Assembly (NCBI GenBank): GCA_043779265.1
Contig: JAYWEM010000016.1
Span: 1-49,933 of the forward strand
Length of the DNA stretch: 49,933 bases
DNA from: a bacterium
Lineage (GTDB): Bacteria > Eisenbacteria > RBG-16-71-46
Direction: 5' to 3'
Shown: one piece after another, positions 17,901-26,655 of the stretch
Layout: every line of letters starts with the position of its first letter
Position numbering within the stretch: the stretch's first letter is position 1
The notes under the pieces: generated by a model
The model's input: only the letters and a program-made list of their open reading frames with translations
What the model was told of the DNA's origin: nothing
Databases searched by the model: none
Made by a program: the position numbers and the translations under genes

Positions 17901-19265
17901 CAGCTCCCAGAGCTGGTCGGAGAGCGCACCACTCGACGTGATACCGCCGAACACGTAGCCGATCACATGGTCGACGCTGGCCACCTTGGTGAAGCCGGGC
18001 TTCATCGCCATCGCGTGCTGTGCCCGCGGCCCCGGAGAGGGGCTGCCGGACTCGAGCGTGGGTGTGCTCCAGGTGTGCGCCGAGCCGACGCGGCGCAGCA
18101 GATGCACGGCGCCGTCGATGGGCTCGCCGGTACCCTGGCCGCCGAACAGCACCAACATCTCCTCGTCCTCGATCCATGCCGCGGCGTGACCGCTGCGGGC
18201 GGAGGGTGCGGGGCCGGTGGTGGTTACCTGGGTCCAAGCCCAGCCGGTGGTCTGCACGAGTCGCCAGAGGTCGTCGAGTGGCTGATTTGACGCGTCCAGT
18301 CCGCCATGGACGTAGAGCGTGGTAAGAGATGATGACTTGTCGACGGCCGCGGCGTGCAGCGCGCGCGCGGGGATCGGATCGCCGCCCGGTGTCACCTGGT
18401 GCCACTCGTAGGTCTCGACACTGATGTTGTCATCGGTCCGGACCAGTTGCCAGACGTCCCTCAGGGGCGTTCCGTTTACGTCACGACCGCCGAACAGCAC
18501 CGGCCGCACGCCCGACTTGGCCGACAGCGTGTGGTCCTCGCGCGCCTCGGGCCAGGGTTGTGCACCCGGTGCGAGCGTCGGCTCCCAGCCGCCGGAGAGC
18601 GTGAACAGGTAGCGTTCGATCTCGCGGCGCACGGTCCCGCCACTCTGTTGCCGCCCGCCGAACACCACCATGTGGTCGTACTTGTTGCCTCCACTCGCCA
18701 GCACCCGCCCGTCGCCCATCCCCGTCAGGTTGCCGTACCAGCGCCGGCCCGACATGGACGGGACCGCGGCCCACGTGCCGCTCTCGCGCACGAACCGCAC
18801 CGCCTCGCGGTAGCCGGCGATCAGCCGCTCGTGCCCGCCCGCGAACAAGAGGTCGCCGTTGGGAAGCGCCGCATGCGAGGTGCAGAACAGGTCGAGTCCC
18901 GGGTGCGCGAGCGTGCGCGGCGTCAGGTTCTGCATGGCGTTCGCGCCCACGTCGGTCTGCGGCTTCCACATCCACAGCCCGCCGTCACCCGCGTTGAACC
19001 GCTGGTCCCATGGCCCGAACGCGAGCACCTGCGAGTGCGTGCGGCCGTAGAGCGTGTCGGCGCGTGCGATGGCCATGTGCACCGCCTGCACGCCGACGGT
19101 GGAAGCGTAGGTGGTGCCCGGCCATGGCTGGCTCGTGGTCCACACGCCGGGATGATGCGGCGTGGGCGGCGCGGCCGCAGCGGGTGTGGCGAGGAGCGGC
19201 ACGAGCAATGCGGCGAGGAGACAAGACGAGACGAGCATGCGCGGGATGACGAGACGAGGACGCAT
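14925..19265 (-). CDS. Secreted galactose/glyoxal-oxidase-like (AA5 copper radical oxidase) protein with Kelch insert, FN3-like domain and C-terminal FlgD-Ig/T9SS-like domain
   Basis: Signal peptide; DLFC, RRWY, RSHHSSALLLPDGRILSAGG, YSPPYLF, ATHTFNQDQR and APPGNYLLFV (DUF1929-like) motifs; Kelch repeats (VFGG/LFGG/HGG); WSAPGD...YELRY; GGGCPF; CTD 'DVQGRRVARL...WDGRG...PGLYVLRL'. Confidence 0.85.
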   Translation of the reverse strand: MRPRLVIPRMLVSSCLLAALLVPLLATPAAAAPPTPHHPGVWTTSQPWPGTTYASTVGVQAVHMAIARADTLYGRTHSQVLAFGPWDQRFNAGDGGLWMWKPQTDVGANAMQNLTPRTLAHPGLDLFCTSHAALPNGDLLFAGGHERLIAGYREAVRFVRESGTWAAVPSMSGRRWYGNLTGMGDGRVLASGGNKYDHMVVFGGRQQSGGTVRREIERYLFTLSGGWEPTLAPGAQPWPEAREDHTLSAKSGVRPVLFGGRDVNGTPLRDVWQLVRTDDNISVETYEWHQVTPGGDPIPARALHAAAVDKSSSLTTLYVHGGLDASNQPLDDLWRLVQTTGWAWTQVTTTGPAPSARSGHAAAWIEDEEMLVLFGGQGTGEPIDGAVHLLRRVGSAHTWSTPTLESGSPSPGPRAQHAMAMKPGFTKVASVDHVIGYVFGGITSSGALSDQLWELQIKRDGTSYRWVDKSASSTSISARKRASMVYYDAYPFTVVVIGGALASGAWDATVYEKELFDNQQQWRLRGAAPQALRGHAAIREPRELTEMQAEVYDPVASTWAAFGAPRYMFSYHMMFNGPDGKLYVPGPTFGGQASNLRLDPATGQWSNYGDGTLGHDSGTGAMLRPDLVMKCGGHFTDGSLPAPGTTATLQLGLASASWAASVNPMALGRRDHTVTVLPTGEAIATGGNSLGYRDVPLDAVPRLRPELFDPTHVSGAQRGWWYGANASDVNLLAEQPTPRSHHSSALLLPDGRILSAGGHDSHPESVKRSVDVYSPPYLFDSGSPALRPRLVGAQDHITWGQDFKVSCLDPVVSACLVRPGAATHTFNQDQRYVPLEVVSQVGNKVTLRWPAGSTNNHAPPGNYLLFVLSQGVESRVPSIARWVNVGAAATSFATWDTLPPTQTIDLGVFATTPTGSTVTYTLSWSAPGDQGEGSVNRAARYELRYRAVQSIATLDDFFDHGTRVLSPPTPGTSGAAQFVDVPGLDPNLTYHFRLISRDDADSDRNWSVMSNEATQHAGGGCPFAWTLTASGWQVENSILSRSLTGTASLDDYRLRHAPLVEAGRMRLSIREDEQEHTTLDRVRLVAVDHAPGLEAHSVGEHVRLGMRTPVHRVRSSLAGDLTHRFVAGGGGHTTASGETLWVDLTAPPAAGASSDPRAPGALGAVGTNPGGGGFIDGDGGKGGGPGANPKMAADARGPGARLSADAWVIQHSGIRVEAPDGAGGWRLAALRYPREHDDERLLDSLHTGTLQLVAQGAHRIGTLARFLYESDAIAGVKLPLRLAVHSSLGEVTGALDSVGNLTTTLSPGERVELEFEVPPLAEGLVRELFLLSHGVYSADLPAAQRPADEGDARSPVLALAGAHPSPVVAGTRVAFTLPRAGEARLEVLDVQGRRVARLAQGWHEAGEHAVVWDGRGASGARLAPGLYVLRLRSSEGTRLARVVVAP

Positions 19266-19492
19266 GGGGACCCCCTGCACGCGCGTCGACAGGGCCGCGA
19301 CGAGGTGCCGCACTCCGCGACGGCAACGGGAGCGGAGCACGGACGGCTTCCGCTGGGAAGGACGGTGTGCGGCTTGGCAAGTGGCATGCCGGGGCATCGC
19401 CTGCTCGGCCGTGACGAATCTCACCCCCGATCCGCCCGATGCGGATGATACGCTCGGGTCTGGACGGATCGCCCGGGAGGCTCAACTCATCC

Positions 19493-21484
19493 ATGCGCAA
19501 CCTCATCGCAGGCCTCGGCATCATCGCGCTGCTCCCCGCCTCGGCACTTGGTGCCGCGTGGCAGCCCGGCGGTGTCCTCGTGAGCGGTGGCCCTCAGGAA
19601 GTGCAGCGACCGTTCGTGGTCGCGGATGGCACGGGCGGGGCGTTCATCCTGTGGGCGGATTTCCGCAACCCGAACGAGCCGCTCAGCAGTCCGAAGTCCG
19701 ACGTCTACTGTCAGCGCCTCACCCCGACGGGCGGCATCGCCCCGGGCTGGCCGGCCGCCGGGCTCGGCGTCGCCACGCGTCTCGGCAGCGACACCCCCTA
19801 CGGTGGCGTGCTCGATGGCGCGGGCGGGTTGTTCGTGCTGTGGACCAACAGCCGCGGCGATGGCGGCGACGTGTACCTTCAGCGCATCGCATCCACCGGC
19901 ACCGTCTCGCCCGGCTGGCCCGACACCGGGCGGGTGCTCAGCGCCGCGGCTGGCCGGCAGCACCACGCGAAGCTGGCGCCCGACGGCTCCGGCGGCGTGC
20001 ACGTGACGTGGCTCGACGAACCCGAGTTCCCGGTGCAGGGCACCGCCTACCGCACGCACGTGCTGGCCGACGGCGCGCTCGCCCCCGGCTGGCCGGTGAA
20101 CGGTCGCCGGCACCAGCCCGAGGTGGCGAGCGCCCGAGAGCCGGTCATGCTGCCGCTGTCCGATGGAGGGTTCTACGGTGCCTGGGCCGAGTACAGCCCC
20201 GACGGCTTCTACAGCGCGGCACGGTTGGTCGGCGCACGATTCGATGCGGCCGGCGGGATCGCTCCCGGCTGGCCGAGCGCGGGTGTGGAGCTTTGCCCCA
20301 TGCTGCCGCGGAGCCGCACCGACCTCGTGCTCGCGAGCGACCGCGCTGGCGGCTGCTTCGCCGTATGGAGCGACGAACGCTCTGCGACCGACGACCACGA
20401 CGTCTACGCCCAGCACCTGCTGCCCACCGCCACCATCGACCCACGCTGGCCGGCGAGCGGGCTGGTGCTCAGTGCGGTCCCGAACCGACCGCAGTGGGAC
20501 GTGGTGGCGTGCGAGGATGGGGAGGGCGGGTTCATCGCGGCCTGGGAGGACTACCGCATCCAGCCCGCTCAGGTGCATGCGCTGCGCGTGCGTGTCGATG
20601 CCACGCACCACCCGGCGTGGCCGGCCGGCGGACTGCGGTTCGACCCCGATGACGCGTTCCAACTCGACCCGCGCATCGTGTCCGACGGGATGGGCGGCGC
20701 GTACCTCGCGTGGAACGCGCTGAAGCTCGTCTACGAGGTGCATGCGCAGCACCTGGACGGGCTGGGGCGGCCCGCCCCCGGCTGGCCCGAGGGGAGCGTG
20801 CGGGTGTTCGACCACCCGGCATACCAGAACATCGTCGCGCTCGACGGCGACGGGTACGGCGGTGCCATCCTGGCGTGGGAGGACACGCGTAACGGAGCGC
20901 CAGCGGGTTTCTACGACATCTACGCGCAGCGCTACCTGCGCGACGCCCTGGTCTCGGTGCGCGTCTCGCTCGTGCGCGCGGAGGCGACATCGAGCGAGGT
21001 CGCGCTCGAGTGGCAGGTCGAGGGCGAGCGCCTCGCGCGGCTCGAGCGCCGCGAGGGCGTGGGCGCGCTGTGGCGCGAGCTCGCCGTGCTCGAGTCCGAC
21101 GGCGAGGGACGCATGCGCCACGAGGACCGCGACCTGACGCCGGGCGCCACGCTCGCCTACCGGCTCGCGTTCACCGACGGCACGCGCAGCGCCGAGGCTG
21201 AAGTGAGCGTGCCGCGAGCGCTGGTGTTCGCACTCGAGGGCGCGAGGCCCCACCCCGCACGCGAGCACGTGACGCTCGCGTTCACGCTCGCCGAGCCGGG
21301 CGAGGCTCGGCTCGTGCTGGTCGATGCCGCCGGTCGGCGCGTGGCGGAGCGGCACTGGCCGAGCGCGGAGCCCGGGCGGCACGTGGTCCGGTTCGACACT
21401 GCGGCTCGAACGCCGGGGCTCTACTGGGTCGTGCTCACTCAGGGCGATCGCCGCGAGTCGAGACGCGTGGTGGTGGTGAGGTAG
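19493..21484 (+). CDS. Secreted 8-repeat beta-propeller-like protein with C-terminal T9SS-like/FlgD-Ig domain
   Basis: GGGAGG RBS, signal peptide MRNLIAGLGIIALLPASALG, eight ~60-aa repeats (DGxGGxxxxWxDxR...DVYxQ...GWPxxG), CTD ending GLYWVVLTQGDRRESRRVVVVR. Confidence 0.8.
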   Translation: MRNLIAGLGIIALLPASALGAAWQPGGVLVSGGPQEVQRPFVVADGTGGAFILWADFRNPNEPLSSPKSDVYCQRLTPTGGIAPGWPAAGLGVATRLGSDTPYGGVLDGAGGLFVLWTNSRGDGGDVYLQRIASTGTVSPGWPDTGRVLSAAAGRQHHAKLAPDGSGGVHVTWLDEPEFPVQGTAYRTHVLADGALAPGWPVNGRRHQPEVASAREPVMLPLSDGGFYGAWAEYSPDGFYSAARLVGARFDAAGGIAPGWPSAGVELCPMLPRSRTDLVLASDRAGGCFAVWSDERSATDDHDVYAQHLLPTATIDPRWPASGLVLSAVPNRPQWDVVACEDGEGGFIAAWEDYRIQPAQVHALRVRVDATHHPAWPAGGLRFDPDDAFQLDPRIVSDGMGGAYLAWNALKLVYEVHAQHLDGLGRPAPGWPEGSVRVFDHPAYQNIVALDGDGYGGAILAWEDTRNGAPAGFYDIYAQRYLRDALVSVRVSLVRAEATSSEVALEWQVEGERLARLERREGVGALWRELAVLESDGEGRMRHEDRDLTPGATLAYRLAFTDGTRSAEAEVSVPRALVFALEGARPHPAREHVTLAFTLAEPGEARLVLVDAAGRRVAERHWPSAEPGRHVVRFDTAARTPGLYWVVLTQGDRRESRRVVVVR

Positions 21485-21516
21485 TCGGGACGTGCGTGCG
21501 CGATGAGATGAGAGCG

Positions 21517-22755
21517 CTACCCCCGCTCCTCCCAGACGCGCACGAGATTCAGCACGACCTCGACCGACTTCTCCATGTCCTGTTCCGAGATCCACTCGAG
21601 GCGCGAGTGGATCGCATGCTGCCCGGTGAACAGGTTCGGCGTCGGCAACCCGAGTTCCGAGAGGATCGATCCGTCGGTGCCGCCTCGGATCATCCGCTCG
21701 TCCACGGTCAGCCCGGCACGATCGATCGCCTCGCGCGCATGGTCGAGCACGTCGGGATGCTTCGCCAGCACGTCGCGCATGTTGCGATAGCTGACCTGCA
21801 CCTCGCATTGCACGCTCGAGCCGGGCCAGTCGGCGACGGTCTCTCGAGCGATGCGCTCGATCAGTTGCTCGTGCTCGGCGAGCTTCGCCGTCTCGAAGTC
21901 GCGGACGATGAACCGGACGGTCGTCCGATCGACGCTGCTCTCCATCTGGTTCGGATGCACGAACCCGCCGCGATCGCTGGTGGTCTCCGGAGCCAGGCCA
22001 TCCTTGGGCAGACGATTCACGAAGTCCGAGGCGACCTTGAGGCTGTTGACCATCTGACCGGTCGCGAGCCCCGGGTGCGTGTTGAAGCCCTGGAACGTCA
22101 CGCGCATCGAGTCGGCGCTGAAGGTCTCCGAGTCGAGCCGGCCGAGTCCCTCTCCATCGAGCGTGTAGGCGCAGTGCGCGCCGAAGCCGGCCACATCGAA
22201 CCGGCGCACGCCCCGTCCGATCTCCTCGTCCGGCGTGAACGCGACGCGAACTGCGCCGTGCTTCACCTCCGGGTGCTGCAGCAGCCATTCGATCGCGGTC
22301 ATCGCCACGGCGACCCCCGACTTGTCGTCGGCGCCGAGCAGTGTCGTTCCGCTGGCGGTCACAATCGACTCCCCTCGCTTGGAGGCGAGCGCCGGATGGT
22401 CCGTGACGCGGATCACCGCCGCAGGATCATCCGGCAGTTGGAGATCGGACCCATCCCAATCGCGCCACACGATCGGCTTCACGTTCTCGCCGCTCATCTC
22501 GGGCGAGGTGTCGACGTGCGCGACGAATCCGATCGCGGGCACGCCCTGCTTGCCCGTATTCGAGGGGAGCGTGGCCATCACGATGGCGTTCGCATCGCGG
22601 GCCGCGTCGCCGAGGCCGAGCGCTTTCAACTCCTCCACCAGCACATCGAGCAGCACCAACTGCTTGGCGGTGCTGGGAACCGTGGCCGAATCGGGATCGG
22701 CCTGCGTGTCGTAGCGGACATAGCGCAGGAAGCGTTCGAGAACGGAGGTCTTCAC
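21517..22755 (-). CDS. pepT: Peptidase T (tripeptide aminopeptidase, M20B)
   Basis: ERFLRYVRYDTQ, AHVDTS, GTTLLGADDKSG, FTPDEEIGRG, IRGGTDG and PTPNLFTGQHAIHS motifs. Confidence 0.96.
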   Translation of the reverse strand: MKTSVLERFLRYVRYDTQADPDSATVPSTAKQLVLLDVLVEELKALGLGDAARDANAIVMATLPSNTGKQGVPAIGFVAHVDTSPEMSGENVKPIVWRDWDGSDLQLPDDPAAVIRVTDHPALASKRGESIVTASGTTLLGADDKSGVAVAMTAIEWLLQHPEVKHGAVRVAFTPDEEIGRGVRRFDVAGFGAHCAYTLDGEGLGRLDSETFSADSMRVTFQGFNTHPGLATGQMVNSLKVASDFVNRLPKDGLAPETTSDRGGFVHPNQMESSVDRTTVRFIVRDFETAKLAEHEQLIERIARETVADWPGSSVQCEVQVSYRNMRDVLAKHPDVLDHAREAIDRAGLTVDERMIRGGTDGSILSELGLPTPNLFTGQHAIHSRLEWISEQDMEKSVEVVLNLVRVWEERG

Positions 22756-22899
22756 GGATTCCCCAGGTCAGAGACGAGTGGCCGGGATGCGATCATCCCG
22801 GTGGCAGTTGGTGCAGTTGACGGTCAGCAGGTTGCCCTCGCGAACGTGGTCACCGCAAGATGCCGCCCCCAGAACCAACCGACCGAAGGAGGTCCTCTC

Positions 22900-23841
22900 G
22901 TGGACGAACGCGTGATCCCCGCCTCGGGCGAAGCGATCGCGCGCGCCGCGGAGATCGTGCGCCGTGGCGGCCTCGTCGCATTCCCGACCGAGACCGTTTA
23001 CGGCCTCGGCGCCGATGCGCGCGACCCCAGCGCCCTGGCGCGGATCTTCGCCGTCAAGGGTCGGCCCGCCAATCACCCGCTGATCGTGCATCTCGAATCG
23101 GCCGAGTCGATCGACGACTGGGCCGCGGACGTCCCCGAACTCGCGCGCACGCTCGCGACGCGATTCTGGCCCGGCCCGCTGACGCTGATCCTGCACCGCG
23201 CCCGAGGCGTGCCCGATGCGGTGACGGGCGGGCAGGACACCGTCGGACTGCGTGTGCCCTCGCACGACGTCGCGCTGGCGCTCATCCGTGCGAGCGGCCG
23301 CGCCATCGCCGCTCCCTCGGCCAACCGATTCGGCCGCGTCTCGCCGACGACGGCCGAGCACGTGCGCGAGGATCTCGGCGACGACGTCGAGCTGATCCTC
23401 GATGGCGGGCCCTGTTCGGTCGGCGTCGAGTCGACGATCGTCGATCTGTCGGGCGAGGTCGCTGCGATCCTCCGCCCCGGCGGCTTGTCGCGCGAGGCGC
23501 TCGAAGCGGCCGCCGGCGTCTCGATTCCAGTCCGCGACACCGGCGTGCGTGCGAGCGGCACACTCGAATCGCACTACTCGCCTCGCGCCCGCGTCGAGGT
23601 CGTGGAGCCGCAGCTCCTGGCCTCGTCACTCGCTGCACATCGATCGAGCGGCACGCGGGTCGAGGTGATCGCACCCGAGGCCGCCACGCTCTACGCCGCG
23701 ATGCGCGACGCCGACCGGCGCGGCGCCGAGGTCATCCTCGTCGCGAGGCCCGAACCCGTCGGATTGGGACTCGCCGTGGCGGATCGGCTGAAGCGGGCGG
23801 CTCACGGCCACTCCGCCGAACCCGGGGCGGATTCGCCCTGA
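22900..23841 (+). CDS. sua5: Threonylcarbamoyl-AMP synthase (Sua5, YrdC domain plus short SUA5 domain)
   Basis: AAGGAGG RBS and GTG 22900; VAFPTETVYGLGAD, KGRPANHPLIVH, FWPGPLTL, AAPSANRFG, GVESTIVD, LRPGG, SHYSP and DRLKRAA motifs. Confidence 0.95.
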   Translation: MDERVIPASGEAIARAAEIVRRGGLVAFPTETVYGLGADARDPSALARIFAVKGRPANHPLIVHLESAESIDDWAADVPELARTLATRFWPGPLTLILHRARGVPDAVTGGQDTVGLRVPSHDVALALIRASGRAIAAPSANRFGRVSPTTAEHVREDLGDDVELILDGGPCSVGVESTIVDLSGEVAAILRPGGLSREALEAAAGVSIPVRDTGVRASGTLESHYSPRARVEVVEPQLLASSLAAHRSSGTRVEVIAPEAATLYAAMRDADRRGAEVILVARPEPVGLGLAVADRLKRAAHGHSAEPGADSP

Positions 23842-23856
23842 GCCCTGTCGACGGCG

Positions 23857-24948
23857 CTAGTTCAGCCGCTTGCGGCGATTGCGCACGAAGTCGCGGAACA
23901 CGTACGCACCCAGATCGCTCGGGTCGGTCTCGTAGATGCGACCGTGGTTCAACTCGGTCAGCTTGCGCACGAAATCGAGCAGCGTCGGGTCGGCCGCCAG
24001 CATGAACGTGGTGATGGTGATGCGCTTGCGACGGCACTGCGCCGCCTCGGCCAACGTCAGGTTCACGATCTTCGGGTCGAGCCCGAACGGATTCTTGTAG
24101 AGATTCCCGTGTTCTCGGATGCACGAGGGCTTGCCGTCGGTGATCATGAAGATCTGCTTGTTCGGCGTCTTGCGTGACTCGAGGATCCGGCGAGCCGCCT
24201 GCAGCCCCGCGCGCGTGTTCGTGTGGAACGGTCCCGCCTGGATGCGCAACAGGTCCTTGAGCGGCACCTGCACGGCATCATCGCCGAACAGCACGACGTC
24301 GAGTGTGTCCTTGGGGTAGCGCGTCTGGATCAGCTGGGTCAGCGCCAGCGCGATCTTCTTGGCAGGCGTGATCCGGTCCTCGCCGTAGAGGATCATCGAG
24401 TGCGAGATGTCGACCATCAGCACCGTGGCACACGCCGAGAGGTGCTCCTGCTCGAACACCTCGAGGTCGTCCTCGGTCACACTCAGATCCTCGATGCCAC
24501 CTCGCTGGATGGCGTTGCGCATCGAGCTGACCGGGTCGAGGTTGCCGAGGTCGTCGCCGAACTGCCACGGCCGCGTTTCACTGAGCCGCTCGCCGCCCTT
24601 GCCTGCCGAGGGTGTGCGGTGATCGCCTCGCCCGCCTGCCTCGAGTGTGCCGAAGATCTCGTTGAGCGAGTCCTGGCGGATGCGACGCTCACCCTTGGAC
24701 GTCATCTGGAAGCCCTGCGGCGTGCGCTCGGCCTCACCGGTCTCCTGCAGCATCCGCTTGAACTCGTCGATCCCGAAGCGATCGCCGAAGAAGCCGTACT
24801 CGCGTCCGAAGTGCTCCATCCAGCGCAGCGCCTCATCCGCATCCCCGCCCGTCTGGAGCAGCAGGTTGCGGTAGATCTCCATGAGCTGCTTGAGGAACGC
24901 CTCGTCCTCGGGACTCGGCCCCTGCCAGCGTGTGTAGTCGAATCGCAT
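23857..24948 (-). CDS. VWA (MIDAS) domain protein
   Basis: ETRPWQFGD, VDISHSM (DxSxS), HTNTRAGL and FMITDGKPS motifs. Co-oriented directly downstream of the AAA+ gene. Confidence 0.9.
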   Translation of the reverse strand: MRFDYTRWQGPSPEDEAFLKQLMEIYRNLLLQTGGDADEALRWMEHFGREYGFFGDRFGIDEFKRMLQETGEAERTPQGFQMTSKGERRIRQDSLNEIFGTLEAGGRGDHRTPSAGKGGERLSETRPWQFGDDLGNLDPVSSMRNAIQRGGIEDLSVTEDDLEVFEQEHLSACATVLMVDISHSMILYGEDRITPAKKIALALTQLIQTRYPKDTLDVVLFGDDAVQVPLKDLLRIQAGPFHTNTRAGLQAARRILESRKTPNKQIFMITDGKPSCIREHGNLYKNPFGLDPKIVNLTLAEAAQCRRKRITITTFMLAADPTLLDFVRKLTELNHGRIYETDPSDLGAYVFRDFVRNRRKRLN

Positions 24949-24983
24949 GGTTCAGCTCCTCGAAGGCGAGGATGCTCGGCGCC

Positions 24984-26492
24984 TCAATCCTCGCCGATCC
25001 CGCTCAACATGCTCTTCAGCATGTCCTTGTACTCGGTGCCCGCCACATCGGTGCGCTCGCGCGACAGCATGCTGCTCTGATGCAGCCCCTCGAGCACCAG
25101 CTCCATCGCCACCGCGTGCTCCGTGGCATCGGCGGGCTCCATGTGCTCGGCGGCCAGCGCATCCAGCCCCTGCACACGCTTCAACTCGTTCACGTAATCG
25201 ACCTGCGGCATGTCGTCGGCGAGCGAGAGCTGGTTGCCCGCGGTGAACCACTCGAGGATCGGGCGATACTCGCGACCCGCCTGCGGATCCGGCTCCTCGC
25301 TCGCAGCCGGGCCACGGCGCGCGCGTCGCGTCGGCTTGAACGCGTCGGGGAACCGCTGCTGGAAGAGCGACTTCACGCCGCGACCGAGCAGCGCGCGCGC
25401 CACATTGGCCGCGCCCTCCTGCTCGCCCTCGAGCACCAGCTCCACCTTGCCGCTGACGGCGCTGACAGCGTGATGCAGGTCGCAGACGCGCGTCACGACC
25501 GGGCTCTCGCCGGTGACCAGTCCGCGCCGCTCGGCGTTGCTCACCAGATTCTCCATGAGCGAGATGGTGAGTCGTGCCGAGACGCCCGAGCTCTGATCGA
25601 CGAACTCGCTGCTCCTCGCCTGGATCGCCACCTCCTCCACCAACTCGCGCATGAACGTGGGCACCACGACCTCGACTCCGTTCGAGCGACGGACCCATGC
25701 CTCCTGCGCGGTGATGCTCATGCCCTGCTCGCGCGTCGCGGGGTAGTGCGTCAGGATCTGCGAGCTGATCCGGTCGCGCAGTGGCGTGATGATGTTGCCG
25801 CGATTCGTGTAGTCCTCGGGGTTCGCGGAGAACACCATCGCCACATCCAGCGGGATGCGCACCGGGAATCCGCGGATCTGGAAATCCTTCTCCTCGAGGA
25901 TGTTCAAGAGCCCGACCTGGATTCGCGGCTGCAGATCCGGCAGCTCGTTGATCGCGAAGATGCCGCGATTGGCGCGCGGGATGATGCCGTAGTGGATGAC
26001 GCGCTCGTCGGAGTAGTCGAGTCGCATGGTGGCGGCCTTGATCGGGTCGAGGTCACCGATCAAGTCGGCGATCGTGACGTCCGGCGTCGCGAGCTTCTCC
26101 TGATAGCGCATATCGCGATGCAACCAGTGGATCGCGGTCGCATCGCCGTGCACCTCGAGCTGATGGCGTGCGTGATGGGTCAGCGGCAGGAGCGGGTCGC
26201 TGTGAAGCGGGCAACCCTCGATCTCGGGCACCCACTCATCGAGGAACTGCACCAGCGCGCGGAGCAATCGGGTCTTGGCCTGGCCACGCAGGCCGAGCAG
26301 GATGAAGTCGTGCCGTGACAGGAGCGCATTCACGATCTGCGGCTCGACCGACTGCTCGTAGCCGATGACGCCGGGGAAGAGCGGCTCGCGCGAGCGCAGC
26401 CGCGCGATGATGTTCTCCCGCAATTCATCCTTCACGGAGCGCGAGCGATAGCCGGCGGACTTGAGATCGCCGAGCGTGCGGGGTCGATTCAT
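24984..26492 (-). CDS. ChlI/MoxR-like AAA+ ATPase ('magnesium chelatase'-like)
   Basis: GGAGG RBS and ATG 26492; Walker A variant GLRGQAKT, Walker B variant IFAINELPDL, SANPEDYTNRGNIITPLRDRI and GVSARL motifs. Confidence 0.9.
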   Translation of the reverse strand: MNRPRTLGDLKSAGYRSRSVKDELRENIIARLRSREPLFPGVIGYEQSVEPQIVNALLSRHDFILLGLRGQAKTRLLRALVQFLDEWVPEIEGCPLHSDPLLPLTHHARHQLEVHGDATAIHWLHRDMRYQEKLATPDVTIADLIGDLDPIKAATMRLDYSDERVIHYGIIPRANRGIFAINELPDLQPRIQVGLLNILEEKDFQIRGFPVRIPLDVAMVFSANPEDYTNRGNIITPLRDRISSQILTHYPATREQGMSITAQEAWVRRSNGVEVVVPTFMRELVEEVAIQARSSEFVDQSSGVSARLTISLMENLVSNAERRGLVTGESPVVTRVCDLHHAVSAVSGKVELVLEGEQEGAANVARALLGRGVKSLFQQRFPDAFKPTRRARRGPAASEEPDPQAGREYRPILEWFTAGNQLSLADDMPQVDYVNELKRVQGLDALAAEHMEPADATEHAVAMELVLEGLHQSSMLSRERTDVAGTEYKDMLKSMLSGIGED

Positions 26493-26655
26493 GGATGGGC
26501 CTCCGGGAGGTCGCGAGCGGGGTCGGATCGCTCGGCGTGCGGTTTCCGCGAGTCTAGGGACCGTCCCATTGGAGCGCCAGCAATGCGCGCATTCCACACA
26601 TGGACTTGACCGCGACCGCTTGTCGGCGGCGAGCCCGTATCCGACTCTGCGGCTC

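Noticed and set aside
24984..26492. Photosynthesis or cobalamin chelatase (bchI/chlI) assignment
   Set aside because: No tetrapyrrole genes nearby, and the motifs fit the stand-alone AAA+/VWA subfamily.
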